From positions 19,258 to 83,257 of the forward strand of contig JBBQGF010000001.1 in assembly GCA_038322745.1 (NCBI GenBank): a stretch of 64,000 nucleotides of DNA, written 5' to 3'. Made by a program: the position numbers and the translations under genes. The notes below the pieces were generated by a model. It saw nothing but the letters and a program-made list of their open reading frames with translations, did not search any database and had not been told where the DNA came from. Shown here piece by piece: positions 39,920 to 51,000 of the stretch. This stretch comes from Minisyncoccia bacterium (GTDB lineage: Bacteria > Patescibacteriota > Minisyncoccia > Phycocordibacterales > UBA9973). Position 1 is the first letter of the stretch, and each line of letters begins with the position of its first letter.

Positions 39920-40360
39920 TTAATCTTTCTTTATTATAATTTCACAACTTCCACTTTTTGTTCCTTTCTTAATTATTACCTTATGAACACCTAGCTCTTT
40001 TATATGTTCCATAATTATAGTATTTTCATCTATTTCTACTCCTGATATTTCTTTTATTGCTTGTTTTACATCATGAGGACTAACTGCTTTAAATAGATGA
40101 CCTTTTTCATTAGCTTTTACTCTTATTTCTATGCTTGTATTATTCACAGAAGAAATAATCGATTCAAAATTTTTCATTTCTTCATTTTTCTTTCTTTCTA
40201 TCTGAGCTTTTTTATCTGCAAGTTTTGAAAGCTCCCCTGGAGTAGCAAGTATAGCTAAACCTTTTGCAATCAATACATTTTGAGCATAACCCTCTTTGAA
40301 TTCTTTTATATCATATTTATTCCCTACTTTTGGAATATCTGTTATTAAAATGACTTTCAT
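39920..40360 (-). CDS. rplI: 50S ribosomal protein L9
   Basis: MKVILITDIPKVGNKYDIKEFKEGYAQNVLIAKGLA is the L9 N-domain. Start taken at the internal Met of ORF 39920..40387. Confidence 0.85.
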   Translation of the reverse strand: MKVILITDIPKVGNKYDIKEFKEGYAQNVLIAKGLAILATPGELSKLADKKAQIERKKNEEMKNFESIISSVNNTSIEIRVKANEKGHLFKAVSPHDVKQAIKEISGVEIDENTIIMEHIKELGVHKVIIKKGTKSGSCEIIIKKD

Positions 40361-40481
40361 CCGCCTAAACTTTTTACAAAACAACAATTATCGTTAAGAT
40401 ATTATTATTCATAAAAAAGATAATTAATTTATAATATTAGCTATTTATAAAAGTTTTGGTGAATTCATCTCCACTAGACTT

Positions 40482-41729
40482 TTATTTTTTTGCTTTTAAT
40501 ATTTCGACAGCTTTGTTCATTTGCGGATCAATTTTCGCTTCATAATCCTTTAAAGTAAATGGAACTTTAACATCAGGGTCAAGTCCTGAAGCAGAAATAG
40601 ATATACCATTTGGTGTAAGCCATTTTGCAACTGTAACTTTTAATGATGTTGAATCTGTAATACTTACTAATTCTTGGACTGAGCCTTTACCAAAAGTTTT
40701 CTCTCCAACTAATGTAGCTATTCCATGTTCACGAAGTGCTCCAGCAAGTATTTCAGAAGCTGATGCAGAACCACCATCTACAAGTACTACAAACTGAAGA
40801 TTATCATTAAATATTCTTGGTCCATGACTACGATATATTTGTGATTTTTTACTTGTTCCAAAATCTTCACTTACAATAACTTTACCTTCATCTATAAACC
40901 ATGAGCCGATATTAACCGCTATATCTAGATAACCACCTGGATTACCTCTTAGATCCAAGATGAGTTTATGATTATTTGTTTTTGCAAATTCTTGAAGTGC
41001 ATTAGCAAATAGTTTATCAGAGTTTTCTGAAAAACTATAGAATTTAATGACGAAGATATCATCTGGAAGTTGCTCTGTTTCTACAGTTGGAATATTTATT
41101 GTATCTCTTACTATTTTTATTTCTCGAGTTTCCTTCTCTCCAGTTCTAAATATTGTTAAAACTACAGATGTCCCCTTTTCTCCTCGAATTAAATTTATAG
41201 CACCGTCTACTGATAAATCATTTGTGCTAGATTTATCAATTTTCATGATTTTATCACCTGCTTTTAAACCAGCGTCCCATGCAGGATTATTTTTCAAAGG
41301 AGCTATTACAGTTAGAATTTTATCTTTCATGCCTATTTCTGCTCCAATACCAGTAAATGAGCCCTTAATTTCGTCTTTAAATAGCTTATTTTCTTCTGGA
41401 TTAAAGAATGTGGTATATGGATCCCCCGTTGAAGATGCTAGGCCTGCAATGGCCCCCCAGATGCGTTCCTGGTCAGTTGCTTTATCTGAATAGATAGACT
41501 TATCTTTGAGAATATTCCAAGCCTTCCAAAAAGGCGCAAAGTCAGCCGATGATTCGAAATTGGGAGTTTTATTTATTACAGATGAAACCTTTTCTATTTC
41601 AGGACGACGAGTATAACCCATATATATACCCATACCAAAAACTCCACTCAAAAGTAAAAAAGAAACAATTACATAGGATATGTTCCTGTAATTTATTTTT
41701 TTTAATTTAATTATATTTATGAATTGCAT
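40482..41729 (-). CDS. ctpA: carboxyl-terminal processing protease (S41 family, PDZ domain)
   Basis: LDLRGNPGG, PDZ (GLKAGDKIMKID), catalytic Ser/Lys region. Confidence 0.85.
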   Translation of the reverse strand: MQFINIIKLKKINYRNISYVIVSFLLLSGVFGMGIYMGYTRRPEIEKVSSVINKTPNFESSADFAPFWKAWNILKDKSIYSDKATDQERIWGAIAGLASSTGDPYTTFFNPEENKLFKDEIKGSFTGIGAEIGMKDKILTVIAPLKNNPAWDAGLKAGDKIMKIDKSSTNDLSVDGAINLIRGEKGTSVVLTIFRTGEKETREIKIVRDTINIPTVETEQLPDDIFVIKFYSFSENSDKLFANALQEFAKTNNHKLILDLRGNPGGYLDIAVNIGSWFIDEGKVIVSEDFGTSKKSQIYRSHGPRIFNDNLQFVVLVDGGSASASEILAGALREHGIATLVGEKTFGKGSVQELVSITDSTSLKVTVAKWLTPNGISISASGLDPDVKVPFTLKDYEAKIDPQMNKAVEILKAKK

Positions 41730-41747
41730 ATATTTATTATTACAAAA

Positions 41748-42986
41748 TTACTGATTTGTTTCAAGTTTTAAAGCAGAAGGTGTGTATTTATTCGATGGAT
41801 CCCATAGCATCCATGAAGTTAGACCATTATCATAAACTGCTTTCATTTCTGCATTAATTAATTCTTTAGTATAGGATGTCCCCATATCAAAATCTTGTAA
41901 CCATGGGCGAATTTTATTTATATCTTCTGAAATCTTTTTTGTTTTGACAATAGCACTAGATAAAGCTTTGTTTATTACTTCATAGGGATGTTCATTTGGA
42001 TTTTTAAAACCCATATGACCTGCTGGATAATGAGATGGATAAACCATAGGGCAAAGAAAATCAAAATGAGGTAATGCTTTCTCCCAAACCTGACCTATCC
42101 CCATATCATCATTTGCTTCTGTTGTTAATCCAAATAAATCTGCTGATATAGGAATATTTATTTCTTTTTTAACTTCAGAAGATAAGTATATAAAAAACTT
42201 TTCTATATTATCAGAGCGAGTCTCTCCAGTTGCTAAATGATAATTTATATCCTTCATATTACCATCTGATGGATAACGAATATAATCAAAATTTATTTCA
42301 TCAAATCCTTCGTTGTATGCACTCTTTGCAATATTTACTATATAGTCATGAACTTCTTTTTTTGCAGGGTCAAGAAAAGATAAACCCTTGCGGTCTTTCC
42401 AAACAGTACCATCACTCTTCTTTGTAATAGACCACTCAGGATGCTTTTTTGTCATATAAGGGTCTTGAAAAACTGAAACGCGACCGATTATATATATATT
42501 CTTTTTATGAAGAGTGTCAGTTAATAAACGAATATTTGAAATACGTTTTTCTATACTACCCTCTTTTCGCAAAGATTCATTATCCATATCAAAACTAATT
42601 CTTCCAGTAGAGTCCTTTACATCTATGACAATGGCATTCAATTCTGTATCATCTATCAATTTAATTATACTATCTCGAAATTTTGGAGAACCTGCTACCC
42701 ACGCAGATATATATACTGCTTTCAAGTTTTTTGGAGTTTCTATATGAGTCACTACAATTGGAACAACTACTGGTTTAACTGGAATATCTAATTGAGAGAT
42801 GGGTTCAGTAATTTTAACATCAGATGATATATTTGCTGTTGTATTATTATCTACAGAAGTCAAATCTTCACTATTATATTCAATTGGATTATTTAAATTT
42901 GGAAATATAAAAATAAAAAAAGAGCCACATAATATTAATGTGAGTATTATGTAGAGTGGAAATTTAATAGATTTTTTAATTGACAT
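41748..42986 (-). CDS. putative glycoside hydrolase (DUF4015/GHL-type TIM barrel), membrane-anchored
   Basis: KAVYISAWVAGS...NAIVIDVKDSTG...VFQDP...GFDEINFDYIRYP pattern. Confidence 0.6.
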   Translation of the reverse strand: MSIKKSIKFPLYIILTLILCGSFFIFIFPNLNNPIEYNSEDLTSVDNNTTANISSDVKITEPISQLDIPVKPVVVPIVVTHIETPKNLKAVYISAWVAGSPKFRDSIIKLIDDTELNAIVIDVKDSTGRISFDMDNESLRKEGSIEKRISNIRLLTDTLHKKNIYIIGRVSVFQDPYMTKKHPEWSITKKSDGTVWKDRKGLSFLDPAKKEVHDYIVNIAKSAYNEGFDEINFDYIRYPSDGNMKDINYHLATGETRSDNIEKFFIYLSSEVKKEINIPISADLFGLTTEANDDMGIGQVWEKALPHFDFLCPMVYPSHYPAGHMGFKNPNEHPYEVINKALSSAIVKTKKISEDINKIRPWLQDFDMGTSYTKELINAEMKAVYDNGLTSWMLWDPSNKYTPSALKLETNQ

Positions 42987-43029
42987 GTAATTTTATAATA
43001 TTATTTCCCTCAATATTTTTTACTAGATA

Positions 43030-43245
43030 TTATTCTCCACCCCCTATATTATCAACAAATGATTTGATTCTATTTTCATCTTTATCAATACGGATTTTAG
43101 CTTGATTATAAAATAAATAGCCTAAGTAAATAATACCAAAGCCTGTAATGATAAATAGTATCTTTCTCCAACTTTCGTAAAAACCTAGAAATGGTAAAAT
43201 AGCTACCCATATACCAATGATAAATAATGTACGTTCTTTTCTCAT
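43030..43245 (-). CDS. hypothetical small 2-TM protein
   Basis: ORF only. Confidence 0.4.
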   Translation of the reverse strand: MRKERTLFIIGIWVAILPFLGFYESWRKILFIITGFGIIYLGYLFYNQAKIRIDKDENRIKSFVDNIGGGE

Positions 43246-43263
43246 GTTTCTATTATACTTTAT

Positions 43264-43953
43264 TTATTTAGGTTCAACAATAACAACAAACTCACCTCTT
43301 TGTTTATCTGAATTTTTAGTAAAATATTCTAGTATTTCAGATGATGTTCCACTGACAAATTGTTCAAATTGTTTAGTAATCTCTCGAGCAATCATAACGT
43401 TGAAAGTAGGACAATGCTCATCGAGTGAAGATAATGTTTTCAAAATACGATGAGTTGATTCATAAAAAACAATTACTCTCTTTGACAATGCTATTTCTTT
43501 AAATAAAGTCTCTCTTCCTTTCTTGTGAGGCAAAAATCCAAGAAAAACAAATTCGGCAGAAGAAATACCTGAGGCAGATAATGCGGATATTAAAGCACTA
43601 GCTCCTGGAATTGGAACGACAGAAGCATCTAATCCTAAATTTTTACGAATATTTGAGACAAGTAAAACACCAGGGTCTGAAATACAAGGAGTTCCAGCAT
43701 CAGAAACTAGAGCGAGATTCTTCCCTTCTTCCAGCATTTTTATAATAACTGATTCTTTTGCATCTGTACTATGTGCATGATAACTCATAGTTTTTGTATG
43801 AATGTCGTATTTGTTTAATAAAACTTTTGTTGTTCGAGTGTCTTCACAAAGAATTATATCTACTTCTTTAAGTATTCGAAGAGCACGGAGAGTTATATCT
43901 TCTAAATTACCGATTGGTGTAGCAATTACATATAGTGTGCCTATTTCTTTCAT
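43264..43953 (-). CDS. rsmI: 16S rRNA (cytidine1402-2'-O)-methyltransferase RsmI
   Basis: LYVIATPIGNLEDITLRALRIL...ILCEDTR tetrapyrrole-methylase-fold motifs. Start taken at the internal Met. Confidence 0.85.
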   Translation of the reverse strand: MKEIGTLYVIATPIGNLEDITLRALRILKEVDIILCEDTRTTKVLLNKYDIHTKTMSYHAHSTDAKESVIIKMLEEGKNLALVSDAGTPCISDPGVLLVSNIRKNLGLDASVVPIPGASALISALSASGISSAEFVFLGFLPHKKGRETLFKEIALSKRVIVFYESTHRILKTLSSLDEHCPTFNVMIAREITKQFEQFVSGTSSEILEYFTKNSDKQRGEFVVIVEPK

Positions 43954-44106
43954 TTTGGTATTATACTCTCGTTTTATTAAACGGTAAACTGTTTGTTTAA
44001 AATGCATTCCAGTGAAGCATCACGTAGTCGTGGGCATAAAAAAAATAGACTTAATTTACCGAAGTAAAATTAAGTCTATTTGTAATTGTTTGCCTAATAT
44101 TAGGCA

Positions 44107-44355
44107 TTATTTTTTCAATTTACTTTCCTCTTTTCTGATTTGATAAACTATTGCTAATAACATACAAGCAATAGAAGGTATCAAAAACCACAAATGAGAA
44201 TTCAAATTCCACCACCAAGGAGCAAAATCTCCTTTAGTTGGACTTCCGTCAAAAACGTAAGTTAAGAAACAATATACCCATAAAATCCAAAGTGATATTG
44301 ATGCCCAACCAATTGTTAAGATAGAAAATCTAACGAAATCATTTTTCATATTCAT
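44107..44355 (-). CDS. hypothetical small membrane protein
   Basis: 2 TM; ORF only. Confidence 0.4.
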   Translation of the reverse strand: MNMKNDFVRFSILTIGWASISLWILWVYCFLTYVFDGSPTKGDFAPWWWNLNSHLWFLIPSIACMLLAIVYQIRKEESKLKK

Positions 44356-44537
44356 AATAGAGAGTTTTAAGGTTTATTTGAAAAGACAATATTTTATCTG
44401 CTCAAATAAACCTTAAACTATCTAAATGACTTTCTACAAGTATATCATATATACAACATTTTGTCAATAGATATAATTGTCTTAATTATCCTCTATATTT
44501 AAAAATATAGAGGATTTAGTAATGAAAACTAAATCCT

Positions 44538-44801
44538 CTAAGTTTTTTTAGATATGAATTTATCACATATTACATAGACTGTCAAAATTAAGAAAATATA
44601 ACTTAACACTCCATTTTCTAGTGCGAAAAACCATAACCATATTAGATACTTATTTGTCGGTTCGGTATCAAAACCAACTTGTAATCCGTGGTCCAAAAAT
44701 ATTAATATCCATACTAACCACAATAAGGACCAGATTAGCGCTATCCTATTTATAATATAGTAGATAGCTTCTTTAAAGAACTGTTTATTCATAATATTCA
44801 T
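44538..44801 (-). CDS. hypothetical small membrane protein
   Basis: 2 TM; ORF only. Tandem hairpins sit downstream (44489..44535). Confidence 0.4.
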   Translation of the reverse strand: MNIMNKQFFKEAIYYIINRIALIWSLLWLVWILIFLDHGLQVGFDTEPTNKYLIWLWFFALENGVLSYIFLILTVYVICDKFISKKT

Positions 44802-44971
44802 ATTTAGTTGTTTAGAATAAATAAATCAATTTACCTATTCTAAACAACCAAATACTTATAGAATTTTTATTAATTAAAGCATTTTTATAAATAAAGTCAA
44901 AATATTATACATACATTACTTGTTGTATATAATTGATTATTTTGGTATCTTATAAATACTGCTTTATATAT

Positions 44972-45043
44972 GGCCCTATCGTCTAACGGTTAGGACATCG
45001 CCTTCTCAAGGCGGTAATCAGAGTTCGATTCTCTGTAGGGTCA
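44972..45043 (+). tRNA. tRNA-Glu (anticodon CTC)
   Basis: Hand-folded. Acceptor GGCCCTA/TAGGGTC, D arm GTCT-AACGGTTA-GGAC, anticodon stem TCGCC/GGCGG with loop TTCTCAA, T arm CAGAG-TTCGATT-CTCTG, discriminator A. Confidence 0.8.
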
Positions 45044-45272
45044 CACGTATAAAAAAGAGACACGCGAAAGCATGCCTTTTTTCTTGTGTGACCCTAAGCA
45101 AGCAAACTTATTTGCTTGTGTCAGAGAATCGAACAGTGGAATCATATTTTGTTAGTAAACAAAATAGATGAGCTGGTGACCAGACAAAACTTTTTGACGA
45201 AAAAGTTTTAGTCGAGGTCGATAAGTGTACTCACGGTCTCTGTAGTATCAAAAATGAAATTAAATATTTCAC

Positions 45273-45308
45273 AAAAAAAAGAGCAACTAATTTATAATCA
45301 GTTGCTCT
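45273..45308 (-). terminator. rho-independent terminator of 45334..45849
   Basis: agagcaact / agttgctct 9-bp stem with a U-tract on the minus strand. Confidence 0.7.
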
Positions 45309-45333
45309 TTGTCATTAAAATTTCATTTCCTTA

Positions 45334-45849
45334 TTATTCCTCAGGAATTGGGGACGCGTCAATTTCTGCTTTCACTTTCAGAAATTCTTCTTCAGTGATG
45401 TCTTCCCTTTTTTTTAGCTCAAGTAAATAAAAATGAGCTTCTTTTTTTGAGTCAAGACGGCCGGTGTAACATTTTTTCGCGTAAATTCTTCCATGTTTTT
45501 TGCAGGATTTGCAAACATCAAAATACGCAATTTTGATTGGGTTTTCAGGATTTGCAATAATGTCGTCCAGCGAATGCATCGCAATTAGAGTCAAAATTCT
45601 TCCCAAAATTTCACCACCAAATGAAATTGGTAAGCCACTCGATTCACTCCATTGAAGTTTTTCTGCACTGAGGATCTGATCGCTCATCTCAGAGAACTCT
45701 TCAGGTGTAATTTTTTTCTCTTTTGCCAATTTTACAATGGCTTCAAAGCCTTCTTCTTTGGAATCGATTTCTATTGATTCTTTTCCATTTACAAAGTAAA
45801 TCATAAAATTTGTTCCAACTTCCGAAAATTTAATGAAATTTTTTTTCAT
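45334..45849 (-). CDS. hypothetical protein (Cys/His cluster CKSCKKHG...C)
   Basis: Monocistronic, GC above local background, no known motif. Confidence 0.5.
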   Translation of the reverse strand: MKKNFIKFSEVGTNFMIYFVNGKESIEIDSKEEGFEAIVKLAKEKKITPEEFSEMSDQILSAEKLQWSESSGLPISFGGEILGRILTLIAMHSLDDIIANPENPIKIAYFDVCKSCKKHGRIYAKKCYTGRLDSKKEAHFYLLELKKREDITEEEFLKVKAEIDASPIPEE

Positions 45850-46135
45850 TTTTTTACGTATTTATTTTTTGCATTATTGCTCTATATAAACTAAACTAAT
45901 AATTTTCATAGAGCAAGAATGCAAAGAATTTTAAAGGACAATAAATATATTGTGTATATTAACATATTTAAGTAATTTGTCAATATACATAGTATTTATT
46001 TTATATACTTTTACTGTGTCTGTTGAATTCTCACCTATACAAATCTTATGATATAATTAATATTTATGAATAAAATGAAATTATTCTATTAAGATAATAG
46101 GAATTATTCTAATAATAATTGGGATAATTTTTTAT

Positions 46136-46636
46136 TTGACTCCCCTACCTGGTACATCTATTTTAATTATTTGGGGATTTATTTTATTTTTGGGGAGAAA
46201 AAAAGGAACTCATCTTTTGAATAAATTAGAAGTTAAAATAAAAAAATATATCAAAAATGATGCACTAGAGTGGAGCAATTTCTTTTTCTTAATTCCTTTA
46301 ATTATTGCTATTATTTATCATCTATACTGGTACGCTATAATTCTACTTGTTGTACTAATTGTATCTTATGATTTTCATTTATTCCATGAAACAAAAAAAG
46401 TGTACTATCTGGATGTAATTTTTTCTAGTATATTAATGCTTTCAAATTTTGGCTTATTATTAATGGGACATTTAAATATACCTTATAGTATTTGGGCTAT
46501 AATTTCTGTATTCTTAGCTTTAGTATTTTATTTTAGAAGAAGTAAACATGATTATTATATCAATCATAGTCTTTGGCATATTTTTTCTGCTGGAGTTTGC
46601 TTCTTCTGCTTAGTAGCTTATATTTCATTTATTTAA
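46136..46636 (+). CDS. DUF454/YbaN-like membrane protein (start likely upstream at non-ATG codon)
   Basis: PLPGTSILIIWGFILF resembles the YbaN N-terminal motif. In-frame upstream codons encode a further TM helix (KIIGIILIIIGIIFYL) with no ATG/GTG/TTG available. An ATT at 46088 is a candidate start. Confidence 0.55.
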   Translation: MTPLPGTSILIIWGFILFLGRKKGTHLLNKLEVKIKKYIKNDALEWSNFFFLIPLIIAIIYHLYWYAIILLVVLIVSYDFHLFHETKKVYYLDVIFSSILMLSNFGLLLMGHLNIPYSIWAIISVFLALVFYFRRSKHDYYINHSLWHIFSAGVCFFCLVAYISFI

Positions 46637-46730
46637 TTGAAATATTTTTTTTATATTTATCTATAATAATAAAAAACATCTGTTTCCAGATGTTTTTAAA
46701 TAAATTAATTTAATGAATTTTCAAATACTC

Positions 46731-47315
46731 TTATTTCAGAGCCGGGAGTATCAACCTATGATTCTTAAAATCTTTATATAATGATTCCCAATACGGGTTT
46801 CGGCTAATTGCCTCGATTTTTTGAATTATGGGGTAAGCAGAAGTTTCTGATAAGAACATGGCTAAACAAATCATCATAGCTTCATCTATTAACTCAGGCA
46901 TACCTGAAAATGAGAAGATTGACCAATTACAATGATAATCTGCAAAAATCGCTCCGCCGAATTTACCTTCTTCTTCGTTTCGGCTTTCGAATGAAGAGGT
47001 GTGGAATACATTCATATTCTTATTGATGAAATAGAATAATCTTAGTGCTTTTTCCTGTGACAGTTTGAAGTACTTATTATCCTTATCTACTGGAATTACA
47101 CCAAATGGAACGGTAAAGTTGATGCTACCTGTATCTCCGTTCAACAGTGTGAAATATCCACGCCGGTTAAACTCTGAATCAGGAATATCGCTCCTCCCCT
47201 TACTTAAATCTAAGAGAACTGCAACATACAACATCATATCATCAAATTTAAATGGTACAGTGTGCTTATCAAGCATATCAATACCTGTCGAAAAATAACT
47301 GTTTTTTTGATTCAT
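46731..47315 (-). CDS. hypothetical protein
   Basis: Monocistronic, elevated GC, no motif. Confidence 0.5.
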   Translation of the reverse strand: MNQKNSYFSTGIDMLDKHTVPFKFDDMMLYVAVLLDLSKGRSDIPDSEFNRRGYFTLLNGDTGSINFTVPFGVIPVDKDNKYFKLSQEKALRLFYFINKNMNVFHTSSFESRNEEEGKFGGAIFADYHCNWSIFSFSGMPELIDEAMMICLAMFLSETSAYPIIQKIEAISRNPYWESLYKDFKNHRLILPALK

Positions 47316-47549
47316 TTTCTGAGTTTTAAATTAAACATATAAGATTTTCTAAAACTCACTATAGTAAAGAGAGACTTAGAAAATCCTATATATAATAAAA
47401 CTATATATTAAAGAGCTACTGTTGTTTGGGATATTAACACAAATGTAATGTAACGTCAAACTTAATATTTGCATATAATTTGATTTGACAAAATACTTTT
47501 AAAGTTGTAGTATAAAGAAAAATTAATGTAAATTTAAAACAAACATAAG

Positions 47550-47960
47550 ATGAAAAAAATCCTTATTGTTCAAAGTGTACCCGGATGGATACGTGTATTA
47601 AGTGAAGCTATTTCAAAAGAGGTTCCAAATTTAATTGAAGACATCACCTACACAGATTCTTTCAACCACGCACTGGAAATTGCGCCCAGAAGCGGTAAAT
47701 TACTTGTAATTACAAGTAATATGTTCCATGATAATTATTCTGAACACAAAAATATTGTTCCGGAAAAAATCATTGATGATTTTGACAAAGATGGAAATCA
47801 GCTTGCAAAATTAATCAAAAAAATTAATCCTGAAGCACAAGTATTTCTTTTTTCTGAATTTATGTCAGCTGACCGTGAATTTCTCGATGGGTATATTAGT
47901 AAAACCCAGTACACACCAGAAAACATAAAAGCAGTTTTAAATACTATCCTAAAAAAATAA
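47550..47960 (+). CDS. receiver(REC)-like protein lacking the phospho-acceptor Asp (tentative)
   Basis: MKKILIVQ... beta-alpha pattern like CheY, but the acidic pocket and the Asp after beta3 (LLVITSN) are absent. Confidence 0.4.
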   Translation: MKKILIVQSVPGWIRVLSEAISKEVPNLIEDITYTDSFNHALEIAPRSGKLLVITSNMFHDNYSEHKNIVPEKIIDDFDKDGNQLAKLIKKINPEAQVFLFSEFMSADREFLDGYISKTQYTPENIKAVLNTILKK

Positions 47961-47971
47961 AATCAACCCGC

Positions 47972-48010
47972 ATAGAAAAACCCACAAGTTTTCTATGTGG
48001 GTTTTTCTAT
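47972..48010. terminator. bidirectional terminator
   Basis: atagaaaaacccaca / tgtgggtttttctat 15-bp stem. Confidence 0.8.
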
Positions 48011-48012
48011 AT

Positions 48013-51000
48013 TTATTGAACTAAATTTTGATTTTGATTGTCTTTCTTACTTATTATTCCTGTTAATACTAGAATCAATATAATTATAACTATAAATATC
48101 GATATCAAGATAAATAGATTGCTTCCTTCGAGCAAACCAGGCTTACCTGTCTCGATTGAAGCCTGTGGAATAGGAATATCATTTAAAGTGACAGCTTCTG
48201 CTGTTTTAGTAAATGGATAACCAGGACTTTTAGCTACTATGTTTCCCATATTGTTAACTGTTGCAACATATACAGTATGGTCACCATTATCTAATTCCTT
48301 GTCTAATGTATAGCTCCATTCCCCTGTAATATCTGTTTTAATCGTGACTACTATTGGAGTACTATAAATATATACAGTTACATAACTATTTGGTAGTGCT
48401 TGACCTTTAATCGTTACTTCTTTTTTATTTACTAAGTCAACGTTATTTATTTTATATGAAGGAATAATTTTTGCTATTGATTCTAAAGGTTCCTCTACTT
48501 TAATTTTTACTAACTCTGTTTTAGTAGGATCAAAACCAAGTAAAATTTTTTCTGCTGCACCAATACTCTTACCTTCAAAAGAAGAGATAATCGATGGTTT
48601 TACTGGGTCAATATTGTAAACATAAAGAGAGTCATAATTTGATATTCCATCATTATTTGTATCTTTATATAATAAATCGCCACCCTGTTTTTTGATTATT
48701 TGATTCTGATTACTTGCTATATCAGACAATGTATCAAATACTTTAACAACATTTTCTCCATCAGTTTTAGGTAATTGATTTGATGCAATATTTATACCCG
48801 ATAAAGTTTTAATATCTTCTATTCCCCTACTGACTTCTATTTTTAGATTATCAATATCATTAGGTGTAATATTAATTAAAATAGACAACCTAAATTCTAT
48901 TTTTTTAACTAATTTATTTCTATAATCATAAATCCTTGATGTATCTATTCCTTGACCTGTAGTATCAGCATTTTTTATAATATTTGCTATATTTTCATCA
49001 ATTATTTTTATTAATTGAATTTTTATTGTATCTATTTGTTTTTGGGATTCCTCAATTGCAGAACTAAGATTATTAATTTTTAATGGAACTTCACTGGGAG
49101 CGACTTTAATAAGTGGGATATCGGGTGATGATATTGTATTTGGTATAACAATACTAGTCACTACAGGAACAATAGGTTTATTTATTGTTATATTTGTTGG
49201 TACAACAGAAGGCTTATCTATAATTTTAATAGGGGTAGCTTCTATAATAGGAATTGGTACATATATATTACTAATTAAAGCAGGATTTGAGCAATTAGTT
49301 TCCACACAAGCTCTAATACGATAATCGTATGTCGCTCCAGAGGTTACATTACTATCTTTAAATAATGGTGTTGCGGTATTTGCCTGGGGAAGTAAAGTCC
49401 AAGAAGCTGCAAATTGAGAGCTCAACTTTCTTTCAATACTATATCTATTTATATTGGTAGTATTATTTGTCCAACTAAGTAATATATAGGATGAAGTTAC
49501 TGTTGATAATAAATTTGTAGGGGGTGAGATAGTAATCAATGGAGAAATTAACATGAATGTTTTAGAAGATTGAATTGTATTTGCTGTTGAACAAGAAGAG
49601 CCTAAACATGCTTTTAGTGTATAAACACCGGTAGCCAGATTTGAAGTAGTTAAACTCATAGTCTGTGTGCTACTACTTGAACCAGTAGCTTTAATAGTAT
49701 TTATACCGTTTGGTGATTGGAGCCATATAGAAACATTACCAGTAGTATTTAAAGGACTACATGTCCAAGTATAATTTACACTTTCTCCTATAGTATATGC
49801 TGTTTTATTCATATTTAAATTTATACTATTACAAGCAATATTAACTGGGATAATACTAGGAATTGTTACAGTAATTTCATTTGATGGCTCAGAACAGATA
49901 AGTGCAGTTTCTGACACATTCTGACAAGCTCGAACTCGATAATTATATATTTTTTCAGTTATTACACTTGAGTCATTATATGTTGGTGTAATGGTGGTAT
50001 TTATTTGTGGAAGTAAAATCCAAGCAGTTGTAGGTTCTGAACTTAATTTTCTCTCAACTTTAAATCGACTTATATTTGTGACATTATATATCCAGTTAAG
50101 TGATACAGAATTTGAGGTTGATATTGAAGTTAAATATGTTGGTGGTAAAGGAAGATTTGGAGTATTTGCTTGAATGATTACATTTTCTAATAAAACATAT
50201 TCTGAGCATATTGATGTAGCTCCTGATGTAAAAATACAAGACCTAATCTGATAATCATAAAGAGTGTTTGTATTTATCATATTTGCATATGAATTTGAAT
50301 TTACTCCAGTTATTAATGCTGAATTTCCCCAAGTGGTTTCAGTATGCAATTTTCTTTGTATCTCAAATCCATTGGCATTGTTTGACGAAGGATTTACCCA
50401 ATGCAATATAATATTTGACGATGCACTTGTTGAAGGTGTGAATGATAATGTTGTTGGTGGTAAAGGAGGATTTGTTCCACCTCCACCATTTAATACTAAT
50501 GCAAATGACTGACTTGAACTTCCTGTAGTACAACTATCACCAAGGCACACAATTAGATTATAACTACCTGCACCAGTTTGTATATTTGAAGTACTATAAG
50601 TCATTGTTTGAGTACTGCCACTTGAAATAGGGTTTATACTCACCATAGTTGTATTACTTAATTTTTTAATATAACTTGAAACATTACCAATAGTACCAGG
50701 AGGAATACAAGTCCATGTATAATTAATAATTTCACCGATTGTATAAGTTGTTTTATCTAAAGTTAAAGTTAAATTTGTGCATGTATTATTTGGGTTATAT
50801 GCTGGTATTATAACTTCGACTATATTTGAAGGATCAGAACAAATAGATGAAACTCCAGATGAATTTTGACAAGCAGAAACTCGATACAGATAAATAGTAC
50901 TTGTGTTAGTAGTATTAGTATTTGTAATTGTATCTGTACTAATAAATATAGTTCCTGGAATAGTAGATATATTTTGCCAATTAGCTCCTGCGGGAGTAGC

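Noticed and set aside
45086-45330. tmRNA or other tRNA-like RNA on the minus strand
   Set aside because: A T-loop and acceptor 3' strand are present, but the 5' T-stem strand does not pair (cactg versus ctctg). There is no 5' GGGG acceptor partner and no tag-reading-frame-like region. A 350-nt tmRNA would overlap the downstream CDS.
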